Positions 21,561-31,418 of a DNA stretch of 64,000 nucleotides are shown here, piece after piece. Source of the stretch: Patescibacteria group bacterium (GTDB lineage: Bacteria; Patescibacteriota; Microgenomatia; Levybacterales; UBA12049); assembly GCA_035946335.1 (NCBI GenBank), contig DASYZL010000006.1, positions 175,664-239,663 on the forward strand, given 5' to 3'. How positions within the stretch are numbered: the first letter of the stretch is position 1; every line of letters begins with the position of its first letter. The position numbers were made by a program, and so were the translations under genes. The notes beneath the pieces were generated by a model. It ran no database searches, had not been told where the DNA came from, and saw only the letters and a program-made list of their open reading frames with translations.

Positions 21561-22616
21561 CTAGAAGTATGAGTATCCCCATTGCGCTACTGAACTGATT
21601 CCGTTTTTGAGGAGCAATTTTTCTTTCTGCGCACGTATTACTTCATCATCAAACCATACTTCATGCTGTTTCCCTGCTGCGTCTGTATAGCGAATCTGAA
21701 TTCCTGTCATTGTTTTTGCTACTGAACAGCCCTGAAAAGCACAATGTGAAAGAAATAATTGCTGTATTTCGTTGTCTGTGTACGTTACTGCCTGGGCTGT
21801 GCTCTTGCCGAGATGATCTACGGGCCAGTCATATCCGAACCTTCCGAAAATGACGGTAATTTTCCCTGCCGGGACCCTCCGGGAAAAATCCTGGATCATT
21901 TGATTAAATGTGTAGTCAATGCTACTAACCAAAGGGAATGCTGGTCCTGGATCACCATTTGCTTTGTGTAAATCATATGCAAGGACATAGATACCGTCAG
22001 TGGTTTTCCCGATTGTTCCGACATCATATGGGCGAAGGCGGTAAAACGTGTCACCATACAATGCCTCATAGTATAAAAGGTGTGCACTATGTGTTTGTAA
22101 TGCAAAGTTTTTGATAAACGACGATACTGTCGCGACAACATCCGGAAATGCAAGCGCGTTATATTCAAAGTCAACAACAATACCGGTGAAACCGTTCGCT
22201 TGTGCTGTTTGTATTGCTTGAGATATTATTGTCTGTTGTAATGCACGCTTATGCAATAATGTCTCGTTTATGTCTTGCGTCAGTAATCGCACTGTCAAAA
22301 GCTTCGTTGCTCCCGTAGGAACGGTATGCAGAAACACATGAAGATTCTTGTACCCATCTTCTGTGATATCGATACCATTAACAGTAGCGGTGATGCCAAA
22401 GTAGATAATTGGATTATACTGATTTGGCAAGGTTTTTCCATTAAGTGTCCAATAAGGAACAAAAAGACCTGATGGTTGTAAGGCAGTAAGAGGAGCAGGA
22501 GAAGGAAGCAGAGTTACGTGTATTTTTTCAGGAATTTTTTTGCTATGCGACAGTGGCTGATGATAGCCAAAGAAAGTTGTTGTGCCAAGTAAGAACAGGA
22601 CAAGCAGTTGTTTCAT
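21561..22616 (-). CDS. Secreted GH18-like (chitinase/YaaH-like) glycosyl hydrolase family protein
   Basis: Signal peptide, and GIVVDFEY resembling the GH18 DxxDxDxE catalytic motif. Confidence 0.4.
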   Translation of the reverse strand: MKQLLVLFLLGTTTFFGYHQPLSHSKKIPEKIHVTLLPSPAPLTALQPSGLFVPYWTLNGKTLPNQYNPIIYFGITATVNGIDITEDGYKNLHVFLHTVPTGATKLLTVRLLTQDINETLLHKRALQQTIISQAIQTAQANGFTGIVVDFEYNALAFPDVVATVSSFIKNFALQTHSAHLLYYEALYGDTFYRLRPYDVGTIGKTTDGIYVLAYDLHKANGDPGPAFPLVSSIDYTFNQMIQDFSRRVPAGKITVIFGRFGYDWPVDHLGKSTAQAVTYTDNEIQQLFLSHCAFQGCSVAKTMTGIQIRYTDAAGKQHEVWFDDEVIRAQKEKLLLKNGISSVAQWGYSYF

Positions 22617-22765
22617 GTCTGCATACTATACTCTTCCAATATTCTCCGAAATTTTCTTCTTTTGCATATCTGCTAACTCCTGTGAAGTACAATACTCCAG
22701 GTAATCCCACTATACCATATTTCTCTTCTAACAGAATCGTATTCCCAATGGTATACTATCACACG

Positions 22766-24547
22766 ATGGACCAGGTCACTGAAGTCAGACAAAAAACAGA
22801 TATCGTACAACTTATTCAGGAGTATCTTCCGTTAAAGAAAGCAGGTCATAATTTCAAAGCAAACTGTCCGTTTCACGAAGAAAAATCACCCTCTTTTATT
22901 GTCTCGCCGCAGCGGCAAATATGGCATTGTTTTGGTGGTTGTGGAAAAGGAGGAGACGTATTCTCTTTTCTTATGGAATATGAACATATTGAATTTCCTG
23001 AAGCATTACGAATACTTGCTGATAAAGCAGGCGTAAAACTTATTCAAAAAAACTTTGATAGTTCCTCTTCTTCAAAAAAAGAAATGCTGTATGGTATTAA
23101 CCGTTTAGCTGCTGAGTTTTATCATTATCTATTAACCAAACATACGCTGGGGAAAAACGCACTGCAATACGCTACGGAAAAACGACATATCAAACCGCAA
23201 ACGCTACGAACATTTCTTATCGGGTATGCACCAACTGGTAGCGCACTAACAACATACTTAATAAAGAAGAAAGGATATACATCGCAAGACCTGCTTGACG
23301 CAGGACTTGCATATAAACGCGGAAATCTTCTATTTGATTTTTTCCAGGACAGGTTACTGTTTGCTCTTTATGACCACCGGGGTAATATTGTCGGTTTTTC
23401 CGGTCGCATATTACAGAATACCGATAAAACTTCTAAATATATAAACACCAGAGAAACGCTTATATACCACAAGGGCATGACATTTTTCGGCTTCAATACA
23501 GCAAAAGAAACAATCAAGAAAGAAAATCTGGCAATTCTTATGGAAGGAGAGCTTGATGTCATCTCATCTTTTCAGGAAGGTATTACAAATGTTGTCGCTG
23601 TTAAGGGAACTGCGCTTACTGAAGATCAAGTTATCTTGCTGTCACGATTCTGCTCTAAAGTAGCGTTATGCTTTGATATGGATGCGCCGGGACAGGAGGC
23701 GTTGAAACGAAGCCTTGCCCACCTAGAAAAAAAGAATATGGCAACCTTAGTTATTGTTTTAACAGGGGGCAAAGATGCAGACGAAGTCATTCAGCAAGAT
23801 GCAATAATATTTAAGAAAGCAATCAAGCACCCGGTACATGTGTATGATTATTTACTGGATCAGATAGCGAATAAATATAGTATTTCAACTGCGGTAGGTA
23901 AACAGCAGATCGGTGATGAACTCCTGCCGCTTTTTGGACAAATCAATAATGAAATTATCAAAGAACATTATATCCAAAAGCTTTCCAGCGTACTACATGT
24001 ATCACATGACGCATTGGAGAGAGAATTGGCAAAACGACAGAAAGAGACTGTTGCTAAACAACAACTGAAACTCCTTACAAAACCTGCTTCCAAAAGCCGC
24101 GAAGAAATGCTGGAAACATATTTTCTTGCTCTGCTTGTACAATTCCCACAACCGAAAATACTTATAGAAAAAACACTACCTCTTCTTTCATCGTATCAAT
24201 GGCATAATGTCTCACTGGGAAAAGTATTCCATTTTTTATCGCTTTATTCCTCGGCACATACCGCTTTTAACCATGAAGATTTCACATCTTCCCTTGCGCA
24301 GGAACTTCTTCCTGCATTCGATATTTCATACCTATTGCCAATCCCCATTCTTAACGATGACACGTTACAAAAAGAAACGCTACGCGTTGCGATTGAACTC
24401 CAGCACCAATTCCTCAAAGGAAAAGTAAAACAGCTGAGTGAACTCATCCAGCAGAAAGAACAAGAAGGAAATATGGAAGAAATTGAAAAAATGCAAAAAG
24501 AATTTAATGAATTAATAGAGCAAATGCATAGAAAAGACGACAAATAG
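22766..24547 (+). CDS. dnaG: DNA primase DnaG
   Basis: Zn-binding CPFHEEKSPSF...CFGCG motif and a TOPRIM domain (EGELDVISS, DMDAPGQEA). Start at MDQVTEV. Conserved dnaG-rpoD synteny. Confidence 0.85.
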   Translation: MDQVTEVRQKTDIVQLIQEYLPLKKAGHNFKANCPFHEEKSPSFIVSPQRQIWHCFGGCGKGGDVFSFLMEYEHIEFPEALRILADKAGVKLIQKNFDSSSSSKKEMLYGINRLAAEFYHYLLTKHTLGKNALQYATEKRHIKPQTLRTFLIGYAPTGSALTTYLIKKKGYTSQDLLDAGLAYKRGNLLFDFFQDRLLFALYDHRGNIVGFSGRILQNTDKTSKYINTRETLIYHKGMTFFGFNTAKETIKKENLAILMEGELDVISSFQEGITNVVAVKGTALTEDQVILLSRFCSKVALCFDMDAPGQEALKRSLAHLEKKNMATLVIVLTGGKDADEVIQQDAIIFKKAIKHPVHVYDYLLDQIANKYSISTAVGKQQIGDELLPLFGQINNEIIKEHYIQKLSSVLHVSHDALERELAKRQKETVAKQQLKLLTKPASKSREEMLETYFLALLVQFPQPKILIEKTLPLLSSYQWHNVSLGKVFHFLSLYSSAHTAFNHEDFTSSLAQELLPAFDISYLLPIPILNDDTLQKETLRVAIELQHQFLKGKVKQLSELIQQKEQEGNMEEIEKMQKEFNELIEQMHRKDDK

Positions 24548-24691
24548 TGTGCAGATGCAAAAAACAATTTTTACAAAAATATTCATGTATTTTCAGATTC
24601 GCGTACAACAACCATGCCAAAAGATTTCTTAATGCTCAATAATTCATTTTTTTAGCTTCCAATTCGCTTCGTTTTCTGCTATACTAGATAT

Positions 24692-25774
24692 ATGAAATCC
24701 CAACAAAATACCTTGCTTTCCGATATCACCGCGTCTGCAAAAAAGCGCGGATACATTACTCAAGATGAAATTCTTGGCATTTTTTCCCGTCCCGAAGAAC
24801 ACATCAAGGAACTGGACAGCTTATATGACAAACTCATGAAAATGAACATCGATGTGTTTGAAAACATTGATGAAGAAAAAGATCAGGCAAAACCCATCGA
24901 GGACCTGGAAAAAGAACTGGAAGCATTGACTGTTTTGACAGAAGGAACGGTTTCAGATCCGGTAAGGATGTACTTAAAAGAAATCGGACGTATCCCCCTT
25001 TTAACATTTGCTCAGGAAATTGATTTAGCAAAACGTGTTGAAAAAGGTGAAAAAGCAGCAAAACAAAAATTAATAACATCTAACCTTCGACTTGTCGTGT
25101 CGATTGCAAAAAAATATGTCGGACGCGGACTGACACTATTGGATTTAATTCAGGAAGGTAATCAGGGACTTATCCGCGCCGTTGAAAAATATGATTGGCG
25201 ACGGGGCTACAAATTTTCAACTTATGCAACCTGGTGGATTCGCCAAAGTATCACCCGAGCGATTGCAGATCAAGCAAGGACGATTCGTATTCCTGTACAC
25301 ATGGTAGAAAATATTAACCGATTTTTGCGGGCAAGTCGAAAACTCATGCAGGAATTGGGCCGCGAACCAACACCTGAAGAAGTGGCAAAAGTGCTAGGAA
25401 TCGATGAAGAAAAAGCACTTGAGATTATTAAAATTTCTCAAGAGCCTGCAAGTCTTGAGTCACCGGTTGGCGATGAGGAAGATTCACGACTTGGTGACTT
25501 CATCTCAGATGTCCAGGCACCAACATTGTTTGACGCTGCAAGTAAAGAATTGCTGAAAGAACAGGTAGATCAAGTGTTGCAATCATTGTCTGACCGGGAG
25601 CGACGGGTTTTGGAAGAACGTTTTGGCCTAAAAGACGGGAGACCAAAGACACTGGAGGAGGTAGGAAAAATGTTTGCTGTTACTCGAGAACGTATTAGGC
25701 AGATTGAAGCAAAGGCACTTCGAAAACTTCGTCATCCCAGCCGGGGTAATAAATTGCGTGACTATCTCAGTTAA
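24692..25774 (+). CDS. rpoD: RNA polymerase sigma-70 factor RpoD
   Basis: Regions 1.2, 2, 3 and 4 are present ([40 protein letters not shown], and the region 4 HTH). Confidence 0.9.
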   Translation: MKSQQNTLLSDITASAKKRGYITQDEILGIFSRPEEHIKELDSLYDKLMKMNIDVFENIDEEKDQAKPIEDLEKELEALTVLTEGTVSDPVRMYLKEIGRIPLLTFAQEIDLAKRVEKGEKAAKQKLITSNLRLVVSIAKKYVGRGLTLLDLIQEGNQGLIRAVEKYDWRRGYKFSTYATWWIRQSITRAIADQARTIRIPVHMVENINRFLRASRKLMQELGREPTPEEVAKVLGIDEEKALEIIKISQEPASLESPVGDEEDSRLGDFISDVQAPTLFDAASKELLKEQVDQVLQSLSDRERRVLEERFGLKDGRPKTLEEVGKMFAVTRERIRQIEAKALRKLRHPSRGNKLRDYLS

Positions 25775-25916
25775 ACTGTAACCAAAGCAAACCCCACAAT
25801 TTCACTTTCTTTCTATAGAAAATCATCACGATAGATATGTACGAATGAAAACTGTGACACGAATCATATATAGCTTCTGGATTTCTCAAGGTGTTGATGC
25901 TAAAATAGTCACATAA

Positions 25917-26206
25917 TCCGCGATAGCTCAATGGTAGAGCAGGAAGCTGTAAAAGTGCAGCTTCCAGAAGTAATTCTGGATGAAACATGGGGTGAATTCA
26001 GGGAAGCCAATACGGTAATCCTGAGCCAAATTTGGTGAATGGTATAAGAGTAACCAAAAAGGTGCAGAGACTAGAAGTGAGGAACCAATCCAATACGCTT
26101 CACAGCGCCCCACATCCTAAAAAGGATGATGATATAGTCCATGCTTTTTGGAAACAAAAAGGTTTGTGTAACTTCAAGGTTCTAGGTTCGAATCCTAGTC
26201 GCGGAG
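25917..26206 (+). tRNA. tRNA-Asn(GUU) interrupted by a group I intron; exons 25917..25950 and 26169..26206
   Basis: The spliced product folds as a cloverleaf. The 7-bp acceptor stem is TCCGCGA/TCGCGGA with U1-A72 and a G73 discriminator, both typical of bacterial tRNA-Asn. The D arm is GCTC/GAGC, the T arm is CTAGG-TTCGAAT-CCTAG, and the anticodon loop is CU-GUU-AA. Confidence 0.8.
25951..26168 (+). ncRNA. Group I self-splicing intron (IC3-like) inserted between anticodon positions 35 and 36
   Basis: P1 forms between the exon end AGCUGU and the internal guide GCAGCU, with a U-G pair at the splice site. The R element (GGTGCAGAGACTAGAAG) and S element (GATGATATAGTCC) form P7. A Q-like GAGCCAAA is present, a P9 hairpin (CTTTTTGGAAACAAAAAG) precedes the 3' splice site, and the intron ends in omega-G. 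Confidence 0.8.
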
Positions 26207-27391
26207 CAAAAAATCTCTTATTATAACCGCATGATTCTCTTGTAATACTGAGAAAATCGGAGTATAGACAATTTTAACAATCTTCTTATCTTGCACAATT
26301 AGCTTCTCAAAGAAGAACCGTAGGTAATGGCGTTTAAGGAATTTGGGAGCTTGTAAATATGTAGTATGGATATTTCTGGTAAATGCTAAAACCTCCTCGA
26401 TTAAGTTTACGTCCATATTTGCGCTATTTTCTATCTCCTGAATAAGATTGTTTAAGTTGGTAATCTTATCATTAACTTCTGTGTGCTTGCGTTGGTAGGC
26501 TTCTCTGTCTATTGTGCCGTCAATAACAGCATCTTCAAGTTTATTTCTTTTGATTTCTAATACTGTTTTTTGGTTAATAATACCTTGCTTTTGTGCATCA
26601 ATGGTCCTTCTGTTTTCTGCTACGACATCCTTTGCTTTCTGAACAACTATGTCTATAAATTCTGGGGTAAACTGCATTTTCTCTATTTCTTTTTCAACCT
26701 GTTTTTCCAATGCGTCTGCTTCAACGTAGAGGGCAGGACAGCCGTTTCTATCTCTCTTTTGGCAGTGGTAGTAGTGGATAATGCCTTTTCTCTCAAGAGA
26801 GTTAATCTTGTGCTTATCTGCGGTATATCTTTGACCGCAGTTGGAACAATACATAAACCCTCGCAAAAGGTAGTCATGGGTTCTTTTCCTGACAAGGAAA
26901 TCCCTATGTTTCGCTAAAACATACTGGCAGGTATCGAACAAATCCTTTGTAATAATTGGTGCGTGTTTGCCAATTCTAGACTCTCCATGCCAACGTATTA
27001 TGCCGTAGTAAAAGGGATTTTTGAGAATATTATTTATCACGCTATGTCCAATTATCGTACCAGTTCTTGAGAGTATATTTTTATCAGAAAGCCAATCTTG
27101 CAGTTCGAGAATACTGTGATTGCCAGTAGAATAAATCTCAAACATTTGTTTTATAACTGGTGCTACGTACGGGTCTGGTTCGCATGTTTTCTTTTGGTCT
27201 TCCTCTCCGACACTTCGATAGCCGATATATAAGGGGGACGGTTGCCATCCCTCTCTAAACTTTTGCGCTAAAGCATCTCTTGTTCGTTGTCCGTTTACTT
27301 CGGACTCCCATTCAGCGATAGAAGCCATTAGATTGCCAATTAGTCCGTCAGAAACATCACCTTCCTGAACAGACAGTAGTTTAATTGCCAT
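26195..27391 (-). CDS. Large serine recombinase (integrase), C-terminal segment (recombinase domain, zinc ribbon, coiled coil); out of frame with its N-terminal segment
   Basis: The alpha-E helix region, a Cys cluster (CSNCGQRY...CQKRDRNGC) and a coiled coil are present. The stop codon overlaps the tRNA 3' end. Confidence 0.75.
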   Translation of the reverse strand: MAIKLLSVQEGDVSDGLIGNLMASIAEWESEVNGQRTRDALAQKFREGWQPSPLYIGYRSVGEEDQKKTCEPDPYVAPVIKQMFEIYSTGNHSILELQDWLSDKNILSRTGTIIGHSVINNILKNPFYYGIIRWHGESRIGKHAPIITKDLFDTCQYVLAKHRDFLVRKRTHDYLLRGFMYCSNCGQRYTADKHKINSLERKGIIHYYHCQKRDRNGCPALYVEADALEKQVEKEIEKMQFTPEFIDIVVQKAKDVVAENRRTIDAQKQGIINQKTVLEIKRNKLEDAVIDGTIDREAYQRKHTEVNDKITNLNNLIQEIENSANMDVNLIEEVLAFTRNIHTTYLQAPKFLKRHYLRFFFEKLIVQDKKIVKIVYTPIFSVLQENHAVIIRDFLLRD

Positions 27392-27686
27392 AATTTCTCA
27401 TCTCCTTTCGTATATTCGCAAAATCTCCAACATTCCTGAACAATCTATCTAATTTGTAAAAAATGAGTGCATCAACTGGGTCTTTCTTGAGAAGCGTGAA
27501 CATTTCCTGAAATGCAGGTCTATCAGTTGTTCTTGCGCTTTTTCCGTCATCAGAAAAAATTCTTTTGATTTCATAGCCGTGCATTTTCGCATAATCAACA
27601 CAAGCTCTTTTTTGGTTATCAATAGAGAATCCCTCTTTAGCCTGTTCTTCTGTGCTTACTCTTATATAAATGTAACAAGTTTTCAT
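27381..27686 (-). CDS. Large serine recombinase, N-terminal catalytic (resolvase) segment; a frameshift lies relative to the downstream segment
   Basis: YIRVSTEEQ contains the catalytic Ser, followed by DRLFRN. It overlaps the C-terminal ORF by 11 nt in a different frame. Confidence 0.7.
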   Translation of the reverse strand: MKTCYIYIRVSTEEQAKEGFSIDNQKRACVDYAKMHGYEIKRIFSDDGKSARTTDRPAFQEMFTLLKKDPVDALIFYKLDRLFRNVGDFANIRKEMRNYGN

Positions 27687-27910
27687 ATATTTTCTCCTAA
27701 ATTTTGAAAAGTAATTTTTTTGTATCTCATACTATACTTTCTAGCGATACATTCGCCAGCTTTATTAAGTCTCTCAAGCATTGGTTCAACACGTTTTTTC
27801 GCTTCTTCATACGTTATTGCCTTATGCCTCATGGCAAAATGTAATCCTCTTGCTTCGGCAAGAATTTCTGTTAATTCTTTATCAAGTTTTTTGTTATTAT
27901 CCAGCCTCAT
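27683..27910 (-). CDS. Hypothetical small protein (island ORFan)
   Basis: 75-aa ORF, translationally coupled to the integrase gene. Confidence 0.35.
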   Translation of the reverse strand: MRLDNNKKLDKELTEILAEARGLHFAMRHKAITYEEAKKRVEPMLERLNKAGECIARKYSMRYKKITFQNLGENI

Positions 27911-28033
27911 AATATTATTAGATAATATTATGGACTTTGGACTGCCGAATCAAGGCATTTTTCTACTTTTCTCTCTTAATCTTTTCATTTTTACCTCCTT
28001 ATGCTTCTGCAATCGAGAGGCAAAGTCAAAAGA

Positions 28034-28303
28034 CTATGATTCCAATTTTTGTAACTCTAGCTCAAATTTTTCACTCTCGACCCATTCGCATAGGATTTCC
28101 ATAGACCTGGAATGCAAAGTTGTTACAAGTTCATAAACCAAGCCAGCAAATTTTTTCTTACTTTCCATTGAATATTCTGTAATGTCATACTTTTCAAGTA
28201 TAGCTATTGCTAATGTTATGCTCTTGGTTGCTCTTTCCATTTCTTCCTCATCTATCATTTCTATTTGTTCTTTTTTATTAAGTCTCGATTTCATAATTTT
28301 CAC
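28034..28303 (-). CDS. Hypothetical small protein
   Basis: 89-aa ORF in the island. Confidence 0.3.
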   Translation of the reverse strand: MKIMKSRLNKKEQIEMIDEEEMERATKSITLAIAILEKYDITEYSMESKKKFAGLVYELVTTLHSRSMEILCEWVESEKFELELQKLES

Positions 28304-28380
28304 CTCCTGTCTTTTTCTTTTATTTTTTAACTTCTTATTGAAGCTAATCTGGGAGGATTAGCTTTATATAAAAAGATAAA

Positions 28381-28584
28381 CTAGTCATTATCAAAAGCAT
28401 ACGGTGCAATTCTGTTTTCATATTCTTCCTTTATTTGCTTATCCGTATAATTAAATTCTTCCCAACCTTTCCAACCAGTTCTTGCTATCTCCTCAATCGT
28501 TATATCGTCATTTTTGAACATCTCGACATCAGCTTCCACTAATGCGTCTATCATTTCATCTGTTGTAAGTTTCTTCTTTTTCAT
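28381..28584 (-). CDS. Hypothetical small acidic protein
   Basis: 67-aa ORF. Confidence 0.3.
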   Translation of the reverse strand: MKKKKLTTDEMIDALVEADVEMFKNDDITIEEIARTGWKGWEEFNYTDKQIKEEYENRIAPYAFDND

Positions 28585-28773
28585 ATATTTTCACCCCCTT
28601 TAGGCCCTTCAGATTTAATTTCATTATCATCAATTTTCTTTTGTTCTTTTTGGCTCCTGATGTGGGCAAAAACAATCTTCACCCAAAATTCAGCAATTCC
28701 GTCCAGAGATGTATCTATTGTTTGTAATTTTTCTTGTTGCTCCATAGTATTTATCCTTTCCGCAAAATATCCT

Positions 28774-29049
28774 TTATTTTTTGTTTACTTTCACGTAAAG
28801 AGCAAACAGTTTTCGTAGCAAGCCAGCATCTTTACTAAATTCCAGACGTGGTTTTCCTTTAGAGTTTGTGCGTATATACCCATGGGGCATAGAGTGGATA
28901 TACTCCCTTATCAATCTTGATTGGTCAAAGACAGTAAGTTTTTCTGTTTGGTTTTCGGTAGATTTTCGTATGTAAAGGGCGTATTGAGTTTTATTCATGG
29001 TTCTTGCCTCCTTTACTTGAACGGCTACTTTTGTTTTTAATTTCTCCAA
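28774..29049 (-). CDS. Hypothetical protein; N-terminus resembles a serine-recombinase catalytic N-terminus (possible remnant)
   Basis: The internal sequence MNKTQYALYIRKSTENQTE resembles the YxRVSTxxQ start of resolvases, but the ORF is only about 75-91 aa. Confidence 0.25.
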   Translation of the reverse strand: MEKLKTKVAVQVKEARTMNKTQYALYIRKSTENQTEKLTVFDQSRLIREYIHSMPHGYIRTNSKGKPRLEFSKDAGLLRKLFALYVKVNKK

Positions 29050-29284
29050 GAAGCATGTCTCTTTTTGAAAAGAGTTCTCTTGCAGGAGCGGAAGCGTTGT
29101 TGAGGTATTGGTGTCGCAATTCCTCGCACCTTTCAGGGTTCGAGAGAATGAAGGAAAAGTGATGAAAGTTATCTTCCCGTATGTCGATAAGCTTTATATC
29201 TTTTTGCGTCAGCAAAAAAGCACAAAGAGTTATAGATTCTAAAGTATATGTATTTATTTCCATATTGATTTCTATTGCCGTCAA
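28991..29284 (-). CDS. Hypothetical protein
   Basis: 97-aa ORF. Confidence 0.3.
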   Translation of the reverse strand: MTAIEINMEINTYTLESITLCAFLLTQKDIKLIDIREDNFHHFSFILSNPERCEELRHQYLNNASAPARELFSKRDMLLGEIKNKSSRSSKGGKNHE

Positions 29285-29368
29285 AAGTAAGACAAGCTAG
29301 TAAAAAGGTTATACAATAAATTGAAAAAACTTGCCGTTTAATTAAATGGGGGATTTTTTTTAATGTTT

Positions 29369-30277
29369 CTATGCGTCAGCTATAAGGAGGTCTTTTTTGA
29401 AATTGCTGACTATGGTTCTCACATCGGAATCCGAGAGTTCATATATTTCTTTATCCTTTCTTGTGCTAATAATTTCTACAACTTTATCTTCATGAGATAG
29501 AGATGGAAGTTCTGCGAAATAATCTTCGTTTTCCTTTCTAAAATTTTCCAGTACTTCAGGGTCAGGTGCATTACTTAAAATATTGGCAATTTGCCGAGCG
29601 TTATAGCCTAAAGCATCAAATAAAAACACCTCAACCTCTCTTGTAAATGTTTTAACATTTCTTACTCTATCAATGGGATAGTCATCCAAATATTTTTGGA
29701 TGCCTATAATAGTTTTTTCATTCTTTCTGTAAAATTCTTCAATTCCTGTTGGGGTAGTATCCTTATATATCTGAATATATGCGAAGATTTTGTTATCTTT
29801 TTTTGTTTGGTTTATTCTTCCTCCACCCTGAATTACGATTCGTGCTTTATGCTTAAACTCCTCTTTGGCGACTATTTCCCTTGAATTGATACTTTCTATA
29901 TCTATACATGAGAAGTACAAATAGTCTAGTAAAAACATTCCATAGCTGAGCGGGTCGAGGTCAAACTCAGCGGATAATTCAATTATTAACTTATGAGATG
30001 GTTCTTTCGGAACATCTGGGATTCTTGCGTCTACCCAGTCCTCCCATGTTCCATCTGCTCCTACGTCATCTCTTAATTTCCCGTACCAATCTTGAGGGAT
30101 TTTGAGTTGTTCCCTCAGTTCTTTTATTCTATTTCGGAATCTTGTGTTGAATAAAAGCGGCAAAAGAGCTACATAAAATTCCTGGTCGCTATATGTTATT
30201 TCAGGGCCTATAAACGGTACAATATATAACAAGTCAAGAATATTTTGTCTTAATTCCTTATCTATTTGCTTTTTCAT
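29369..30277 (-). CDS. Hypothetical protein (302 aa), island-encoded
   Basis: Long ORF with no recognisable motifs. Confidence 0.45.
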   Translation of the reverse strand: MKKQIDKELRQNILDLLYIVPFIGPEITYSDQEFYVALLPLLFNTRFRNRIKELREQLKIPQDWYGKLRDDVGADGTWEDWVDARIPDVPKEPSHKLIIELSAEFDLDPLSYGMFLLDYLYFSCIDIESINSREIVAKEEFKHKARIVIQGGGRINQTKKDNKIFAYIQIYKDTTPTGIEEFYRKNEKTIIGIQKYLDDYPIDRVRNVKTFTREVEVFLFDALGYNARQIANILSNAPDPEVLENFRKENEDYFAELPSLSHEDKVVEIISTRKDKEIYELSDSDVRTIVSNFKKDLLIADA

Positions 30278-30353
30278 TTTTTATTTCAATCTGAATCTCT
30301 ATTTATGGTTTGTTTGATTTTAGCACAACCATTATTATGAAGTAAGTTGAGCT

Positions 30354-30779
30354 ATGGCGACTCCGTATAGGAACAACCGCCAGAAACTCCAAGGTTTTAT
30401 GCTCCCATACATCAAAGCTCCACAGATTTTTGAACATCAAAGTTACTTTTTGATATATAATTTACTGGTGGGCTTTGTATTTATAACAATTTTGACTGCT
30501 ATAGTAACATTTACTTGGGTACTTTTAACAAAGAAACAATGGAGAAAAAAGAGTAACCATACAAACTTTAGGAATTATCATATTCATCATAGCGTAGTTG
30601 GTCTTTTGCTCATAGTGATAGGATTTTTCTTTGCACCTTTTTATGGGACAGTTATCTCTGCCGTTGGTTTTGGTCTGTTTGTTTCTCATGGTGTTGAGGA
30701 GCTGTATTTTAACCATGAAAAAATTACTAAAGCATTTTTTATTTTCATAACGAAAGGCAAAGAAAACGATAATATATGA
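30354..30779 (+). CDS. Membrane protein (3-4 TM)
   Basis: Hydrophobic 141-aa ORF overlapping the downstream methyltransferase start. Confidence 0.4.
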   Translation: MATPYRNNRQKLQGFMLPYIKAPQIFEHQSYFLIYNLLVGFVFITILTAIVTFTWVLLTKKQWRKKSNHTNFRNYHIHHSVVGLLLIVIGFFFAPFYGTVISAVGFGLFVSHGVEELYFNHEKITKAFFIFITKGKENDNI

Positions 30780-31417
30780 AAAATTATAAACACGCACCAG
30801 CGCTTATTAACTCATGGCTCACTTCTTTCTATGACCCCGTTATGAATATGTTTGGCGTCGGCACGCTGTTTCAGAAGAAAACATTAGATATTGTAACATT
30901 ACAAGAGGGACAAAAACTTCTCGATATTGGTTGTGGGACAGGAACGCTTGTAATGCTTGTTAAAACGAAACATCCGAAAGCGAAAGTAACAGGATTAGAC
31001 CCTGACCAGCATGTGCTAGCGATTGCAAAGAGAAAAGCAGAAAGAAGTAATCATGCGATTGATTTTATTCAAGCAGGAGCAGAGAAACTTCCATTTGCCT
31101 CAAGTTCATTTGATATTATTACCAGTTCATTAGCATTTCACCATTTACCAACAACAATAAAGAAACAAGCATTGGGAGAAATTTACAGAGTATTAAAACC
31201 AACAGGGCAGTTTCTTCTTGTAGATATTGGGAAACCAAAAAATTTGCTTTGGAAAATACTTCTTGCGATTGAAAGTATTGTTGAACCAAAGGAATATATC
31301 AAAGATAATCTTGAAGGAAAGCTCCCTGCATTTATGATAGAAGCGGGGTTTGCGCTAAAAGAAGTTCGTAAACCTTATTTGAGTATTCAGTTTCTAATGG
31401 GAACAAAAAAGAGTTAA
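30776..31417 (+). CDS. Class I SAM-dependent methyltransferase (UbiE/COQ5-like)
   Basis: Motif I LDIGCGTGTL, motif post-I VTGLD, and an acidic loop. Confidence 0.75.
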   Translation: MKNYKHAPALINSWLTSFYDPVMNMFGVGTLFQKKTLDIVTLQEGQKLLDIGCGTGTLVMLVKTKHPKAKVTGLDPDQHVLAIAKRKAERSNHAIDFIQAGAEKLPFASSSFDIITSSLAFHHLPTTIKKQALGEIYRVLKPTGQFLLVDIGKPKNLLWKILLAIESIVEPKEYIKDNLEGKLPAFMIEAGFALKEVRKPYLSIQFLMGTKKS

Positions 31418-31418
31418 T

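Noticed and set aside
25942-25973. Perfect 8-bp hairpin GGAAGCTG-taaaagtg-CAGCTTCC that at first looked like an aberrant tRNA anticodon arm
   Set aside because: It is better explained as the P1 helix of the group I intron, pairing the 5' exon end with the internal guide sequence. The tRNA is only canonical once the intron is removed.
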